Origin: an uncultured Bacteroidota bacterium
Lineage (GTDB): Bacteria > Bacteroidota > Bacteroidia > Bacteroidales > CG2-30-32-10
Direction of reading: 5' to 3'
NCBI GenBank assembly: GCA_903889915.1
Contig: CAISZK010000133.1
Location: 1-59,830 of the forward strand
Length of the DNA stretch: 59,830 nt
Below, in pieces: positions 9,363 through 19,459 of this stretch; the first letter of the stretch is position 1, and each line of letters opens with the position of its first letter. The position numbers and the translations under genes were made by a program. The notes under the pieces are model-generated. The model ran no database searches. It worked only from the letters and a program-made list of their open reading frames with translations, and had not been told where the DNA came from.

Positions 9363-10775
9363 ATGAAACAACCAAAACAACTTTTTCTTTTCCTGATGAT
9401 GATCATTGGGATGAATGCTTTCGCTCAAACTCACTCAATAAAAGTAACTGTAAAAGACCTTCCCAAAAACCTGGTTTATCTTTTGGATTATGAAGGCGAC
9501 CAGAACAACCTGCTTGATTCTGCATCAGCAGATGTCGGTGGTAATTTTAAATTTACCATGAAAGATGGCTATCATCCCGGGCTTTATAAGATCATTCTAG
9601 GTAAGGAAGAAAGTTCAAAGGGTTATGGCAGCCAGGAGATCTTTGTAAACATCATCTACAATAAGGAAGACATTGCCTTCAGTACTGACTATGGCGATGC
9701 ACAGGATAGTGTCAGGATCATCTCATCTGCTGAAAATAAAATTTATTACGATTATTTGTTTAAGGATAATAAAGACAATACCCAACTTGAAGTACTGTCG
9801 CAGCTTCCTGAATATTTTCCTGCTTCAGATCCTTTTTATCCTGAATTAAAAAAACGTTATTTCGACCTTCAGGAACAACATCAGAAATTTATTTCCGACA
9901 TCATAAAAAAGAATCCGGGAATGTTTGTTACGCATATCATCAAATCGGAACGCTTCCCTTCGCTTGACTTTACATTGACTCATGATGAGAAAATCCAATT
10001 TGCCAAAAAGCATTTCATGGATAATATTGATTTCTCAGATACTCTATTACTAAATACGAATATCTTCACCTCCAAATCATTTTCATTTATTAAGTTTTTT
10101 GCAAGCCAGGGTTATACCAAGCCACAACAGGAACAAGAGTATATCAAAGCCGTGGATACTTTAATGACAAGGTCAAAAGTGAATGAGAAGGTGAACACAC
10201 AAATAAAAAAATACCTGATCACCGGTTTTGAAATGCTTGAAATGGAAAGCGTGTTGACCCACATTGCATCTTATTATACTTCAGAAAGCAGTTGTGAAGA
10301 TGACAGACAAACAAAAAACCTGCGGAAACGGGTGGATGGTTATAAAAAACTGGCAATAGGAAATAAAGCGCCGGAGATAACTTTCACTGCTGAGAACAAT
10401 GTTCCTTATAAATTATCTGAAACAAAATCACCCTATACACTGGTAATATTCTGGGCAAGCTGGTGCCCTCACTGCATGGCAACTTTGCCTGAAATTAAAA
10501 AGCTTTATGATCTGCAAAAAAACAATAAACTAGCTGTAGTTGGAATTTCAATTGATACTGTGAAAGCCGAGTTTGATAAAGCAATACTGAACGGCGATTA
10601 CAAATGGATCAACTATACCGATCTTAAAGGATGGGATGGTGATATTGCAAGCGCTTATTATCTTTATGCCACACCCAGCATGTTTCTTCTGGACGCAGAC
10701 AAAAAGATCGTAGCAAAACCAATCACTCTAAGCGATTTGATGCAGGAATTGCAGAAAGCAGGAATTGTGGATTGA
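9363..10775 (+). CDS. Periplasmic TlpA/AhpC-TSA family thiol-disulfide oxidoreductase
   Basis: Signal peptide from ATG 9363; FWASWCPHC and YATP in the C-terminal thioredoxin-fold domain. Confidence 0.85.
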   Translation: MKQPKQLFLFLMMIIGMNAFAQTHSIKVTVKDLPKNLVYLLDYEGDQNNLLDSASADVGGNFKFTMKDGYHPGLYKIILGKEESSKGYGSQEIFVNIIYNKEDIAFSTDYGDAQDSVRIISSAENKIYYDYLFKDNKDNTQLEVLSQLPEYFPASDPFYPELKKRYFDLQEQHQKFISDIIKKNPGMFVTHIIKSERFPSLDFTLTHDEKIQFAKKHFMDNIDFSDTLLLNTNIFTSKSFSFIKFFASQGYTKPQQEQEYIKAVDTLMTRSKVNEKVNTQIKKYLITGFEMLEMESVLTHIASYYTSESSCEDDRQTKNLRKRVDGYKKLAIGNKAPEITFTAENNVPYKLSETKSPYTLVIFWASWCPHCMATLPEIKKLYDLQKNNKLAVVGISIDTVKAEFDKAILNGDYKWINYTDLKGWDGDIASAYYLYATPSMFLLDADKKIVAKPITLSDLMQELQKAGIVD

Positions 10776-10843
10776 AGAAAATTCTCAGGTTCTAAGATGT
10801 TATTTATTCAACATCTAACCATAATTTCAGACCCAAATAAAGA

Positions 10844-11857
10844 TCAATAAACGATCAGCTTTTTGTTTGCGATTTCATTTCCGGAAACAATACGAACCAT
10901 GTAAATGCCCGGTTTCACACCAGAAATATCAAGTGAAAAATGATCATTCCCTGATACGGATGAATGAATAGTTTTCATTACTTTTCTGCCATTCATATCC
11001 AGCAAAGAAACTTCGCAATCATTATCTTTAAAAGAATTTATTGCAATATCTACAAAGCCGGTTGCAGGATTTGGATAAAGATCAATACTTCCAAACGGCT
11101 GACTATTTTGATGTATTCCTACAGTAAAGTCTGCAACACTAGCCGACTTAGAACTTGTAGGTGTTCCTGAAGAATTGACTGTCAAAAAAACCAAAGTCAA
11201 TAAAGGTTCTTTGTTTGATCCGTCGAACCAATAATATGTTGTCTGATCATATTTTATAGTGAAGAGCAAACAGGTGTCTTTGTATGATTCAACAAATTTT
11301 ACTCTTAAAACATTTGAGTAATTTCCTGAAGGCAATTGAAGTGTTCCCCACCCATCTGCAGTTGTATGTGAAGTACCTTTCCTGATAACATTCGTTCCGA
11401 CAAAAGAATAATTTGCCATCATGGTATCATTAATTACATCATTATAAGAAAAAGGATAAGTAAGAACTGTTTCCGGATTACTGCAAACAATTGTTTGAAT
11501 ACTATTAACCAGTCCGAGAAAAGTTTGTTCTGTCATATTTTCTTTAAAATAACCATAGTTCCCGGTGCTGTCGGTTATAGCCATTGTGGCATTGGGAAAG
11601 GATGAAGCATTCGGAGTTGTGGCTGGGTCCACACAATTTTGATAAATAGCATTACCAATAATAAGATTGCTGAAATTCCATGTTTGTCCTTGTCCTGCCG
11701 GGCCTGGTTGCAATCCTGTTGTATCAGCCGAAAAAGTGTTGTAAGTATCACCCGGAGAAAAACCGGTGTTTGCAAAAGTTAATGTTGGTCCCTGTGCAAA
11801 TGCGGAACTGCAGCAAATGATCAAGGTCATCAGAAGGAAGTAAATTTTTTTGTTCAT
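10844..11857 (-). CDS. T9SS type A sorting domain-containing protein
   Basis: Signal peptide MNKKIYF...AFAQ; C-terminal LYPNPA...GIYMVRI...KKLIVY. Confidence 0.82.
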   Translation of the reverse strand: MNKKIYFLLMTLIICCSSAFAQGPTLTFANTGFSPGDTYNTFSADTTGLQPGPAGQGQTWNFSNLIIGNAIYQNCVDPATTPNASSFPNATMAITDSTGNYGYFKENMTEQTFLGLVNSIQTIVCSNPETVLTYPFSYNDVINDTMMANYSFVGTNVIRKGTSHTTADGWGTLQLPSGNYSNVLRVKFVESYKDTCLLFTIKYDQTTYYWFDGSNKEPLLTLVFLTVNSSGTPTSSKSASVADFTVGIHQNSQPFGSIDLYPNPATGFVDIAINSFKDNDCEVSLLDMNGRKVMKTIHSSVSGNDHFSLDISGVKPGIYMVRIVSGNEIANKKLIVY

Positions 11858-11979
11858 AGTTTTTGTTTTAGAATGAAAAAATAAATCAGGAGTTATGCTC
11901 TTAAGAATAAGCAAATGTAAAAAAATTCTGTTTTTACAAAGAAAAAATATTTTTCACCCGGCTCCAATAAATTCAGACG

Positions 11980-13764
11980 CTACAATTCCTCAGCAAACTC
12001 AATCAACTTTTTTCTGTAGGCATTAAAAACATTGGCTCTTGAAACAAATCCAATGTAGCGGCTGTCTTCGATCACAGGAAGATTCCATAAACCGGAAGTT
12101 TTGAATTTATCCATCACATTTTCCATACTCTCATTGGGAGTAACAAATTCTGAAGGCTGTATCATCAGGTCTTTCACCAGTGTTTTTGAATACTCCTCTT
12201 TGTTGAACATCACTTCACGCACATCATCGAGCATGATCATTCCGAGAAAATGATGTTGTTGGTCAATCACAGGAAAGATATTTCTTTTCGAGCGGGCAAT
12301 CACTTTCACCAAATCACCAAGAGTTGAATTGGCTTCAACAGAGCTAAAATCTGTTTCAACCACATGTTCAACTTTGATCAGGTTTAGGGCTGCTTTGTCT
12401 TTATCGTGTGTGAGAAGATCACCATGCTCGGCAAGACTTTTTGTGTAAATGGAATACTTTTCAAAATAATGAATGGTGATAAACGAAATGGAAGCTGTAA
12501 TGATAAGCGGAATGAACAATCCATAGCCTCCCGTTATTTCTGCAATGAGGAAAATAGCTGTCAATGGCGCCTGCATCACTCCTGCAATCAAACCTGCCAT
12601 TCCAACCAATGTAAAATTACTTTCAGAAAGCCGTATCCATGAAGTGGAAAAAATGTTTATCGCCTTTGAAAAAGCAAACCCTGCAACACCTCCCATAAAC
12701 AAACTGGGAGCGAAAACACCTCCAATACCGCCACTTCCTGTGGTTACTGCCATTGCAATTACTTTTAAAACCAGCAAGGTGGCAAGGAACAAAAGATATA
12801 TCCAGGGATTGTCACTTAAATGATAAAACAGGCTGCTGTTGAATAATTCATGTGTTTTTCCACTCAAAATTGATTTCATTGCAGTGTATCCTTCTCCATA
12901 AAGAGGAGGGAAAAAATAGATCATAATACCAACAATGATCCCTCCAACAATGAGGTTTTTGTAGGGATTCATCTGGTTGTGAAAAAGCTTTTCCACATAA
13001 GCATTCATCTTCACAAAATACAATGAAACCAGGCCAGTGAACAATCCCAGCAAAATATAAAAAGGGATAGCTCTGAAATCAAAAATGTCCTTGAGTGTGA
13101 AATAAAATTCTATTCTTTCGCCAAGAAGAAATGAAGAAACAATAGTTCCTGTTACAGTTGCCAGAAGAATTGGAATGATCGAAGATGTTGTCAGATCAAG
13201 CATCAGCACTTCGAAAGTAAAAATCAACCCGGTTATTGGTGCTTTAAAGATGGCTGAAAGAGCGCCTGCAACACCGCATCCAATAAGTAAAGTAAGGGTT
13301 TTATAATTCAGGTTAAAAAGTTGTCCGATGTTGGAACCTATAGCAGCGCCTGTATAAAGAATGGGAGCCTCCATCCCTACGGATCCTCCAAATCCACCGG
13401 TGAAAGAACAGGCAACTATGGAAGAATAGGTGTTATGGCGTTCTATTTTGCTTCCCTTTTTCGAAATTGAAAAAAGAATTTTACTCACGCCATGCGAAAT
13501 ATCATCCTTAATAAAATGCCGTATAAATAAAACAGTGATGGTAATTCCTGCCAGAGGCAGCAATAGGTAGAGCCAGTTTTGCGTATCTATGCTATTTGAA
13601 CTTCTAAAAAGAGATTCGATGTAATGAACCGAAGTTTTCAAAGCCACAGCAGCCAATCCTGCTATCAATCCAATGATGATGCTCAGGAAATAAACAAACT
13701 GCTTTTCCTTTAATCCATGCGCACGCCAGGCATTAAAACGCTTTACAAACTTCAACTCATTCAT
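11980..13764 (-). CDS. ClC chloride channel/antiporter with tandem CBS domains
   Basis: GGSVGMEAP, GGIGGVFAP motifs; many TM helices; C-terminal CBS pair. Confidence 0.92.
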   Translation of the reverse strand: MNELKFVKRFNAWRAHGLKEKQFVYFLSIIIGLIAGLAAVALKTSVHYIESLFRSSNSIDTQNWLYLLLPLAGITITVLFIRHFIKDDISHGVSKILFSISKKGSKIERHNTYSSIVACSFTGGFGGSVGMEAPILYTGAAIGSNIGQLFNLNYKTLTLLIGCGVAGALSAIFKAPITGLIFTFEVLMLDLTTSSIIPILLATVTGTIVSSFLLGERIEFYFTLKDIFDFRAIPFYILLGLFTGLVSLYFVKMNAYVEKLFHNQMNPYKNLIVGGIIVGIMIYFFPPLYGEGYTAMKSILSGKTHELFNSSLFYHLSDNPWIYLLFLATLLVLKVIAMAVTTGSGGIGGVFAPSLFMGGVAGFAFSKAINIFSTSWIRLSESNFTLVGMAGLIAGVMQAPLTAIFLIAEITGGYGLFIPLIITASISFITIHYFEKYSIYTKSLAEHGDLLTHDKDKAALNLIKVEHVVETDFSSVEANSTLGDLVKVIARSKRNIFPVIDQQHHFLGMIMLDDVREVMFNKEEYSKTLVKDLMIQPSEFVTPNESMENVMDKFKTSGLWNLPVIEDSRYIGFVSRANVFNAYRKKLIEFAEEL

Positions 13765-13838
13765 GAAGCAAATGTATCATTTTAAAATTAAATGCCTGAG
13801 GTAATTTAATTAAGATTTACAGAACTAATAATTGAAAC

Positions 13839-15119
13839 TTAATAAATTATTTGCTGAAGTAGAAACACTGCAATGCCCAAAAGAAAGCCCAGCAATGCAA
13901 CCCATCCGATCTTTTTTAAATACCAACCGAATTCTATTTTCTCAACCCCCATCACAGCTATACCTGCTGCGGAACCTATGATCAATATGCTGCCTCCTGT
14001 TCCAACTGTATAAGCAAGGAATTCCCAAAAACTATTATCCGGAGGATAGCTGTGTAAATTATACATCCCCATGGAAGCAGCAACAAGCGGAACATTATCA
14101 ATTATAGAAGATAACAAGCCCAAAATAATTGCAATAATATTATTGCTTGCAAAAGTTTTATTTAAAAAACCTGCCGCTGACACAAGTAATCCAGATGATT
14201 CGAGCGCAGCAATGCTTAATAATATTCCGAGGAAAAACAGGATGATGGAGGTGTCTATTTTTTTCAGAGCGGTAGTCACCGATAAATGTGAGCGTATGGT
14301 TTCATCTTTCTTTTTATGTATAACTTCAGTGAGCGCCCACATTATTCCGAGGCTTAAAAGCATTCCCATGTATGGAGGCAGGTCAGTAAGTGTTTTGAAA
14401 AAAGGAACTAAGATCAATAAAATTATTCCAATGAAAAAAATGATCTTCTTTTCAAAATTGCTTGTCATTTCGTTCAGTTTGCTTTCCATTACGAGTGTTC
14501 TTTCAATTATTCCCTTAACCGAAAAGGATAAAATAAATAGAGGGACAAGCATACAAACTATGCCCGGTAGAAAAAGTTCTGATATTACTTTGGGAGTTGT
14601 AACCTGCCCTCCCAACCACAACATGGTGGTTGTTACATCTCCGATTGGTGTCCAAACTCCGCCGGCATTTGAAGCAATCACAATCATTCCGGCAAAAAGC
14701 ATCCTGTCTTTTTTTTCAGGAACAAGCTTTTTAATAAGGGAAACCATTACTATAGCCGTTGTCAGATTGTTCAATACTGATGAAAGGAAAAATGTGATGA
14801 TAGCTATTATCCACAGCAGGTTGACTTTTCTTTTTGTCCTTATCCTGTTTGTGATTATATCAAAGCCATTGTGGGCATCTATCATTTCAACAATGATCAT
14901 TGCCGCAAGCAGGAAGAAAAGGATCTGTGCAATATCACCAAAATGTTTACCCAGATTATCAGCAACAACACCAGGATTTTGGCTATAAAGAATACAAATC
15001 GTCCAGCACGCAACTCCTGTTATTAATGCGGAAGCAGCCTTATCTATCTTCAATGGTTTTTCAAAAGCTATGGCAAGATAACCTGCAATAAAAATAATCG
15101 TGATAAGAATAGTCAACAT
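13839..15119 (-). CDS. nhaD: NhaD-type Na+/H+ antiporter
   Basis: IVEMIDAHNGF, NAGGVWTPIGDVTTTMLW, DNVPLVAA, GGSILIIGSAAG. Confidence 0.88.
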   Translation of the reverse strand: MLTILITIIFIAGYLAIAFEKPLKIDKAASALITGVACWTICILYSQNPGVVADNLGKHFGDIAQILFFLLAAMIIVEMIDAHNGFDIITNRIRTKRKVNLLWIIAIITFFLSSVLNNLTTAIVMVSLIKKLVPEKKDRMLFAGMIVIASNAGGVWTPIGDVTTTMLWLGGQVTTPKVISELFLPGIVCMLVPLFILSFSVKGIIERTLVMESKLNEMTSNFEKKIIFFIGIILLILVPFFKTLTDLPPYMGMLLSLGIMWALTEVIHKKKDETIRSHLSVTTALKKIDTSIILFFLGILLSIAALESSGLLVSAAGFLNKTFASNNIIAIILGLLSSIIDNVPLVAASMGMYNLHSYPPDNSFWEFLAYTVGTGGSILIIGSAAGIAVMGVEKIEFGWYLKKIGWVALLGFLLGIAVFLLQQIIY

Positions 15120-15506
15120 TATGGGCGGACTTAATAATAATTTTCTATTTGTAATGGATAGCTATGCCAAAGGTAATGTGTTGATAAAATTCCAAGAATG
15201 ATCGGCACATGGTTTTGAAAACACTTAGCCCAAATCATTTCAAAATATCTTTCAAATCATAATTGAAAAAGCGCTTTTCATTCTGGTTATTCCTATCAAT
15301 AATTGTTGTTGCCAATTTTTATTCAAAAGGCAAAGATAGTATTTAATTAAATAATTTAGGCAGTATGTTTTTTGCAGGATTTAATGACACTGCAAAAGGA
15401 AGGCATTTGGTTTCGATACCAGTCCGGATAACTCCTTAGTGAGTAAAAGTACAACTATTAATTTCTTTTAGACAGACGAAAATCTTTAATGAATTTTACA
15501 AATAAA

Positions 15507-15710
15507 AAAAACGGGGAAGTCGTCTTAACCCTTTAAACACTTTTCGTATTAAAACCCTAAAATACGAAATGACTTGCCCCGTTTTTGTTTCTTGTTATGT
15601 TTGAATTCTCTTTTTTTAAAAATAGTGGGGAAGTCATTATTCAAAACCCTTAAATCTTATTCAAAATTTCGCAAAAATTATCAAAAAATGCGAGCTGACT
15701 TTCCCCACTA
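15507..15710. other. Two tandem related stem-loop elements (GGGGAAGTC...GACTT(G/T)CCCC)
   Basis: Inverted repeats at 15507-15521/15571-15586 and 15623-15636/15696-15710, each with an inner hairpin. Confidence 0.55.
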
Positions 15711-15877
15711 AGATCAATAGAATATCAATTATTTCCCTTCTGATATTCTATCCTCAAGTTTTACTTCATTGTTATAATTTTTCTTTAACGTATCTAATTC
15801 TAAAACCTCTTTTATGTCATCAGGCAAACGGAACAATTTTTTCAAATCATTCAAACACTTTTGCCCGGCAATTTATT

Positions 15878-16138
15878 TTAAGCCGGAAAAATATATTCCG
15901 GTTCAACAAAATATTCTTTCCCGCTTTCAGAAATGATCCTGACAGTTTGATCTGTTTCCTGAAAATCTTTAATAGTTCCTTGTTTTTTATCCATATCCTC
16001 ATCCAAAAACTGAACTAATTGTTCACTTTTTAGCTGGTTTCGGAACTCTTTCAATTTTTTGTTTCGGACAGCTAGTTTCAGAATAACTATAAAAATAAGC
16101 GTCAATGAAAGTATAATTATGTAGCCATTAAATTTCAT
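15878..16138 (-). CDS. Small single-TM protein with YajC-like architecture
   Basis: N-terminal TM helix then KEFRNQLK..Q.V...G.I....V.I. Confidence 0.5.
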   Translation of the reverse strand: MKFNGYIIILSLTLIFIVILKLAVRNKKLKEFRNQLKSEQLVQFLDEDMDKKQGTIKDFQETDQTVRIISESGKEYFVEPEYIFPA

Positions 16139-16372
16139 AACTTTATTTTTAAATTCGCACTTCTATTTCACATGAACCTTAAAATATTTAAAGCTTTAAA
16201 AACAAATTCAACAACATTTTCCTTTTTAAACTTTTGACGAAATCAACTTCCAACTGTTGCAGCAATATAAGGTTTAAAGGTATAAGTATCCTTATTACTG
16301 ATTGTCTTATACCCTTATTCCCTATACCTGTTTAAGATTGGGTTAATCAATTCCGTTTTTGTCAATTAAAAT

Positions 16373-16651
16373 TTATTTTTTCTTCAAAACAGTATTTGCA
16401 AATTTCTTCTCTTTAGCTCCAGTGTTTTCACGTAAAAATTTTACTTCGCGTATCAGTGTGTTTAATGAATCATCCGAATTCCATTTGACTGAAATCAGTG
16501 AATCGTTCTTTAATTTTAACGTGTTGATACACCCTTTTGCATTTGAGTATTTCACCACTAAAATAAAATTATAAGTTAAGGAACATATTGCGACAACGCC
16601 AATAATAAAAAATATTGTAACTTTTGTTTTACCGCTTGCCATTTTAAACAA
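16373..16651 (-). CDS. Hypothetical single-TM protein
   Basis: 92-aa ORF with one hydrophobic helix, same strand as its neighbour. Confidence 0.35.
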   Translation of the reverse strand: MFKMASGKTKVTIFFIIGVVAICSLTYNFILVVKYSNAKGCINTLKLKNDSLISVKWNSDDSLNTLIREVKFLRENTGAKEKKFANTVLKKK

Positions 16652-16913
16652 ATTTTCCTTCTTAAAACTCCTGAACCTATTTGAGAATTCTTACTTATGA
16701 TATCATTGTTTTTTCCCCGGCTAACCTGATTTTTTTTGCAAATTAAAATGCTACTTATAGTTTCTAATCTGAAAAAAAACTTCATGGCAAAAATCAAATC
16801 ATATCAATCACCAGCCCCTTATTTTAAATTTTTTATCGTTGTGCTTATCCCAATTCAACATATCTTTTCTGATAAGTCAACAGCAAAAATTTGCACAAGA
16901 GTACGACGCCAAT

Positions 16914-16973
16914 ATTAAGGAGGCGTTAAAATGACATTAGAAAATTATTAGAATTTTATTAGAGCAACATTAA
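16914..16973. promoter_or_regulatory. Six RTTAR half-sites at exact 11-bp spacing (candidate OmpR/PhoB-type operator)
   Basis: ATTAA 16914, GTTAA 16925, ATTAG 16936, 16947, 16958, ATTAA 16969. Confidence 0.55.
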
Positions 16974-17224
16974 GGAGAGCTTGAAAAAAGAATCCAATTG
17001 CTTCAATGGGTGTAAGGGATAAGCTGGAGTTAATAAATGTATAAGTGAAACTTTCAACACAATTACTTCATTCCGGAGATTCGGAATTGTATCGAAGTAC
17101 TTCCCGAAATTTCAGGATTCGCACTTTTTTTCACAATTCATTGGAATAATGTTTTTGTTGAATTTATTTTAAGTTTTTTATTAAGTAATGCTGCAAAACC
17201 AATTTTTTACTTCTCCCGGTGACC

Positions 17225-18586
17225 TCAGGAGGAAAAGGAAACCGAAAACACACTTCCCTTATTGACTGTGGAAGAAACACTGATCTTTCCGTTATGAAGT
17301 TCAATAATTTTTTTAACCAGTGGCAATCCCAGTCCATGACCGATCTCGCCTTTAACATTACTACCACGAAAAAAAGGTTCGAAGACATCCTTCAGTTCAT
17401 TTTCAGGAATACCAATACCGTTATCTGAAAATTGGATAATGATCATTTCCGATCTGTTTTTCAAACTTATCTTCACTTTGTGAGTATCCGAAAATTTACA
17501 GGCATTGTTCACCAGGTTGTAGAATGCAAGGCTTAACAACTGCTCATTGCCTGGAATAGTGATCAGTGATTCATCATCGGGAAGTTCATTAAAATCTATC
17601 TCAACAGAATAATCCGGTTTGGATTTCAACACAACCGCCCGTGTTTGAAGAATAGCGTCATCTAACCTTAGCGGAGAAAACGAAAATGCAGAAACATCAA
17701 GGCTGGCACGAGTAAGTTCGAGAAGATTTTCAGACAAATTATGAAGGTTTTTTATTTCCTGCGCAATGGAGTTTAATGCTTCAATATATTCCCTGTTCGA
17801 CCGTTCCTTTTTCAATGCAAATTCAATTTCATTCAAAAGGATTGCAAATGGAGTGCGGAATTCATGCGAAGCATTCGAAACAAAATTTTTCTGCGTCTCG
17901 AAACTTGCTTCAATGCGCGACAACATTTCATTAAAAGTGATGGCCAGCCGGGCAATTTCATCTTTGTCATTTCCCGTAGTAAGCCGCAGGTGAAGGTTGG
18001 AAATAGTTATTTTTCCAACTTTCGAAATAATATCAGTGATAGGTTTCAGCGCCCTTCCCGCATAGAATGCGCCAAGCAAAATGGTAAGCAAAATGCTTGA
18101 CAGAAATCCAATGATGAGTATCAATCGCAGATTATCCATTTCTTCGTATCCCATGGTGTCAATTGCCGAAGCGATCACCACGTATTTTCTGGGGTATTGG
18201 GTATAGGAAAGTCCGAGAATTTGTTTTTTACCTATTGTTTTGCGGACATCAGAATTCAGCCGGATCTCGTTTAGAAAATTGTTTGAATAAAAACCCGTGT
18301 CTCTGTCACTGCTGTTGTAGATCATTTCGTTCCTGAAGTTGTAAACCCTGATGGTTTGATCATCCAGCGTGAAAGAATTTTTATCAATAATTTTCATCAA
18401 AGGCACATCCACTTCTTTCACTTCAATCAGCAGCTTTGCAGTTGTCAGCGCCCTTAGCTTTAACCTGTCGTAAAAATCATTTTCACGATAGTATTCCGAA
18501 AGGTAATAAATGGAGATCGTGAAAAGCAAAAGGATGGCTGTTACAATAAGGGCAAACTGAATTGTCAATCGCAAACGGATATTCAC
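17225..18586 (-). CDS. HAMP-domain sensor histidine kinase
   Basis: Two TM helices, HAMP, SHEFRTP H-box, NACKF, DNGIGI, GHGLGL. Confidence 0.93.
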   Translation of the reverse strand: MNIRLRLTIQFALIVTAILLLFTISIYYLSEYYRENDFYDRLKLRALTTAKLLIEVKEVDVPLMKIIDKNSFTLDDQTIRVYNFRNEMIYNSSDRDTGFYSNNFLNEIRLNSDVRKTIGKKQILGLSYTQYPRKYVVIASAIDTMGYEEMDNLRLILIIGFLSSILLTILLGAFYAGRALKPITDIISKVGKITISNLHLRLTTGNDKDEIARLAITFNEMLSRIEASFETQKNFVSNASHEFRTPFAILLNEIEFALKKERSNREYIEALNSIAQEIKNLHNLSENLLELTRASLDVSAFSFSPLRLDDAILQTRAVVLKSKPDYSVEIDFNELPDDESLITIPGNEQLLSLAFYNLVNNACKFSDTHKVKISLKNRSEMIIIQFSDNGIGIPENELKDVFEPFFRGSNVKGEIGHGLGLPLVKKIIELHNGKISVSSTVNKGSVFSVSFSS

Positions 18587-18588
18587 GG

Positions 18589-19284
18589 CTATTCCTCCTT
18601 CATGATATAGCCCATACCGACAACAGTGTGGATAAGTTTTGGAGAAAAATCCCGGTCAATTTTTTTGCGGAGATAGTTAATGTAAACTTCAATGATGTTG
18701 GTCCCCGTGTCGAAAGTAATCTCCCAGATATTTTCGGCTATCTCGGCTTTCGAAATCACCCTTCCAATATTTTTTACAAAAAATTCGAGCAGCAAAAATT
18801 CCTTTGAAGTAAGCATTATCAATTTGCCATCACGCTTCACAGTTTTGTTGCGCACATCAATTTCGAGGTTTGAATATTTCAGAATAGATTCTTCGCTGGC
18901 AATGGTTTCGGTCTTTTTAATAAAAGCCCTGAGACGGGCAACAATTTCTTTCAGTTCGAAAGGCTTCGTAATATAGTCGCTGGCGCCTGCATCAAATCCA
19001 CAGAGTTTATTCTCGAGAGAGCCAAAAGCAGTAAGCATCAGTATTGGCACACCGGCATTGACTTTTCTGATCTCCTTGCAAACTTCGTAGCCATTAAGGA
19101 GCGGAATATTGATGTCGAGAATAATCGCATCGTAGTTATTTTCGAGCGCCATTTTTTTCCCCACATACCCATCGCCTGCAATATCTGCTGTAAAGCCTTC
19201 TTCAATTAAGGTCTTTTTAAGAAGCTGCGAAATTTTACTTTCATCTTCTATGATCAAAATATTATTGGCCGGGGGTTTCAACAT
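18589..19284 (-). CDS. OmpR-family (CusR/ArlR-like) response regulator
   Basis: IIEDE, LDINIP, KPF, EVYINYLRKKID, TVVGMGY. Confidence 0.95.
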   Translation of the reverse strand: MLKPPANNILIIEDESKISQLLKKTLIEEGFTADIAGDGYVGKKMALENNYDAIILDINIPLLNGYEVCKEIRKVNAGVPILMLTAFGSLENKLCGFDAGASDYITKPFELKEIVARLRAFIKKTETIASEESILKYSNLEIDVRNKTVKRDGKLIMLTSKEFLLLEFFVKNIGRVISKAEIAENIWEITFDTGTNIIEVYINYLRKKIDRDFSPKLIHTVVGMGYIMKEE

Positions 19285-19403
19285 TTTCTTTTCTTCTTAT
19301 TAACGCTTGCGCTAACAAGGACAAAATTAATTTAAAAAAACGAAACCAGGCAGAAAATGAATAAAGGTGAAGAAAAGTTATTTAAGGTTGAAAATATTGT
19401 GGC

Positions 19404-19436
19404 AGTCCGGGCGTGATTTAAAGTCGCACCCGAACT
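19404..19436. repeat. REP-like palindrome, copy 1
   Basis: agtccgggcgtgatttaaagtcgcacccgaact; similar to 21372-21408. Confidence 0.7.
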
Positions 19437-19459
19437 TATGTTTTCAGATTTTAGTATTA

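Noticed and set aside
14071-14988. 305-aa plus-strand ORF
   Set aside because: Antisense shadow of the hydrophobic nhaD gene.
15408-15430. tRNA 3' remnant or att site (tggtttcgatacca)
   Set aside because: Only a short T-arm-like hairpin; no cloverleaf or second copy found.
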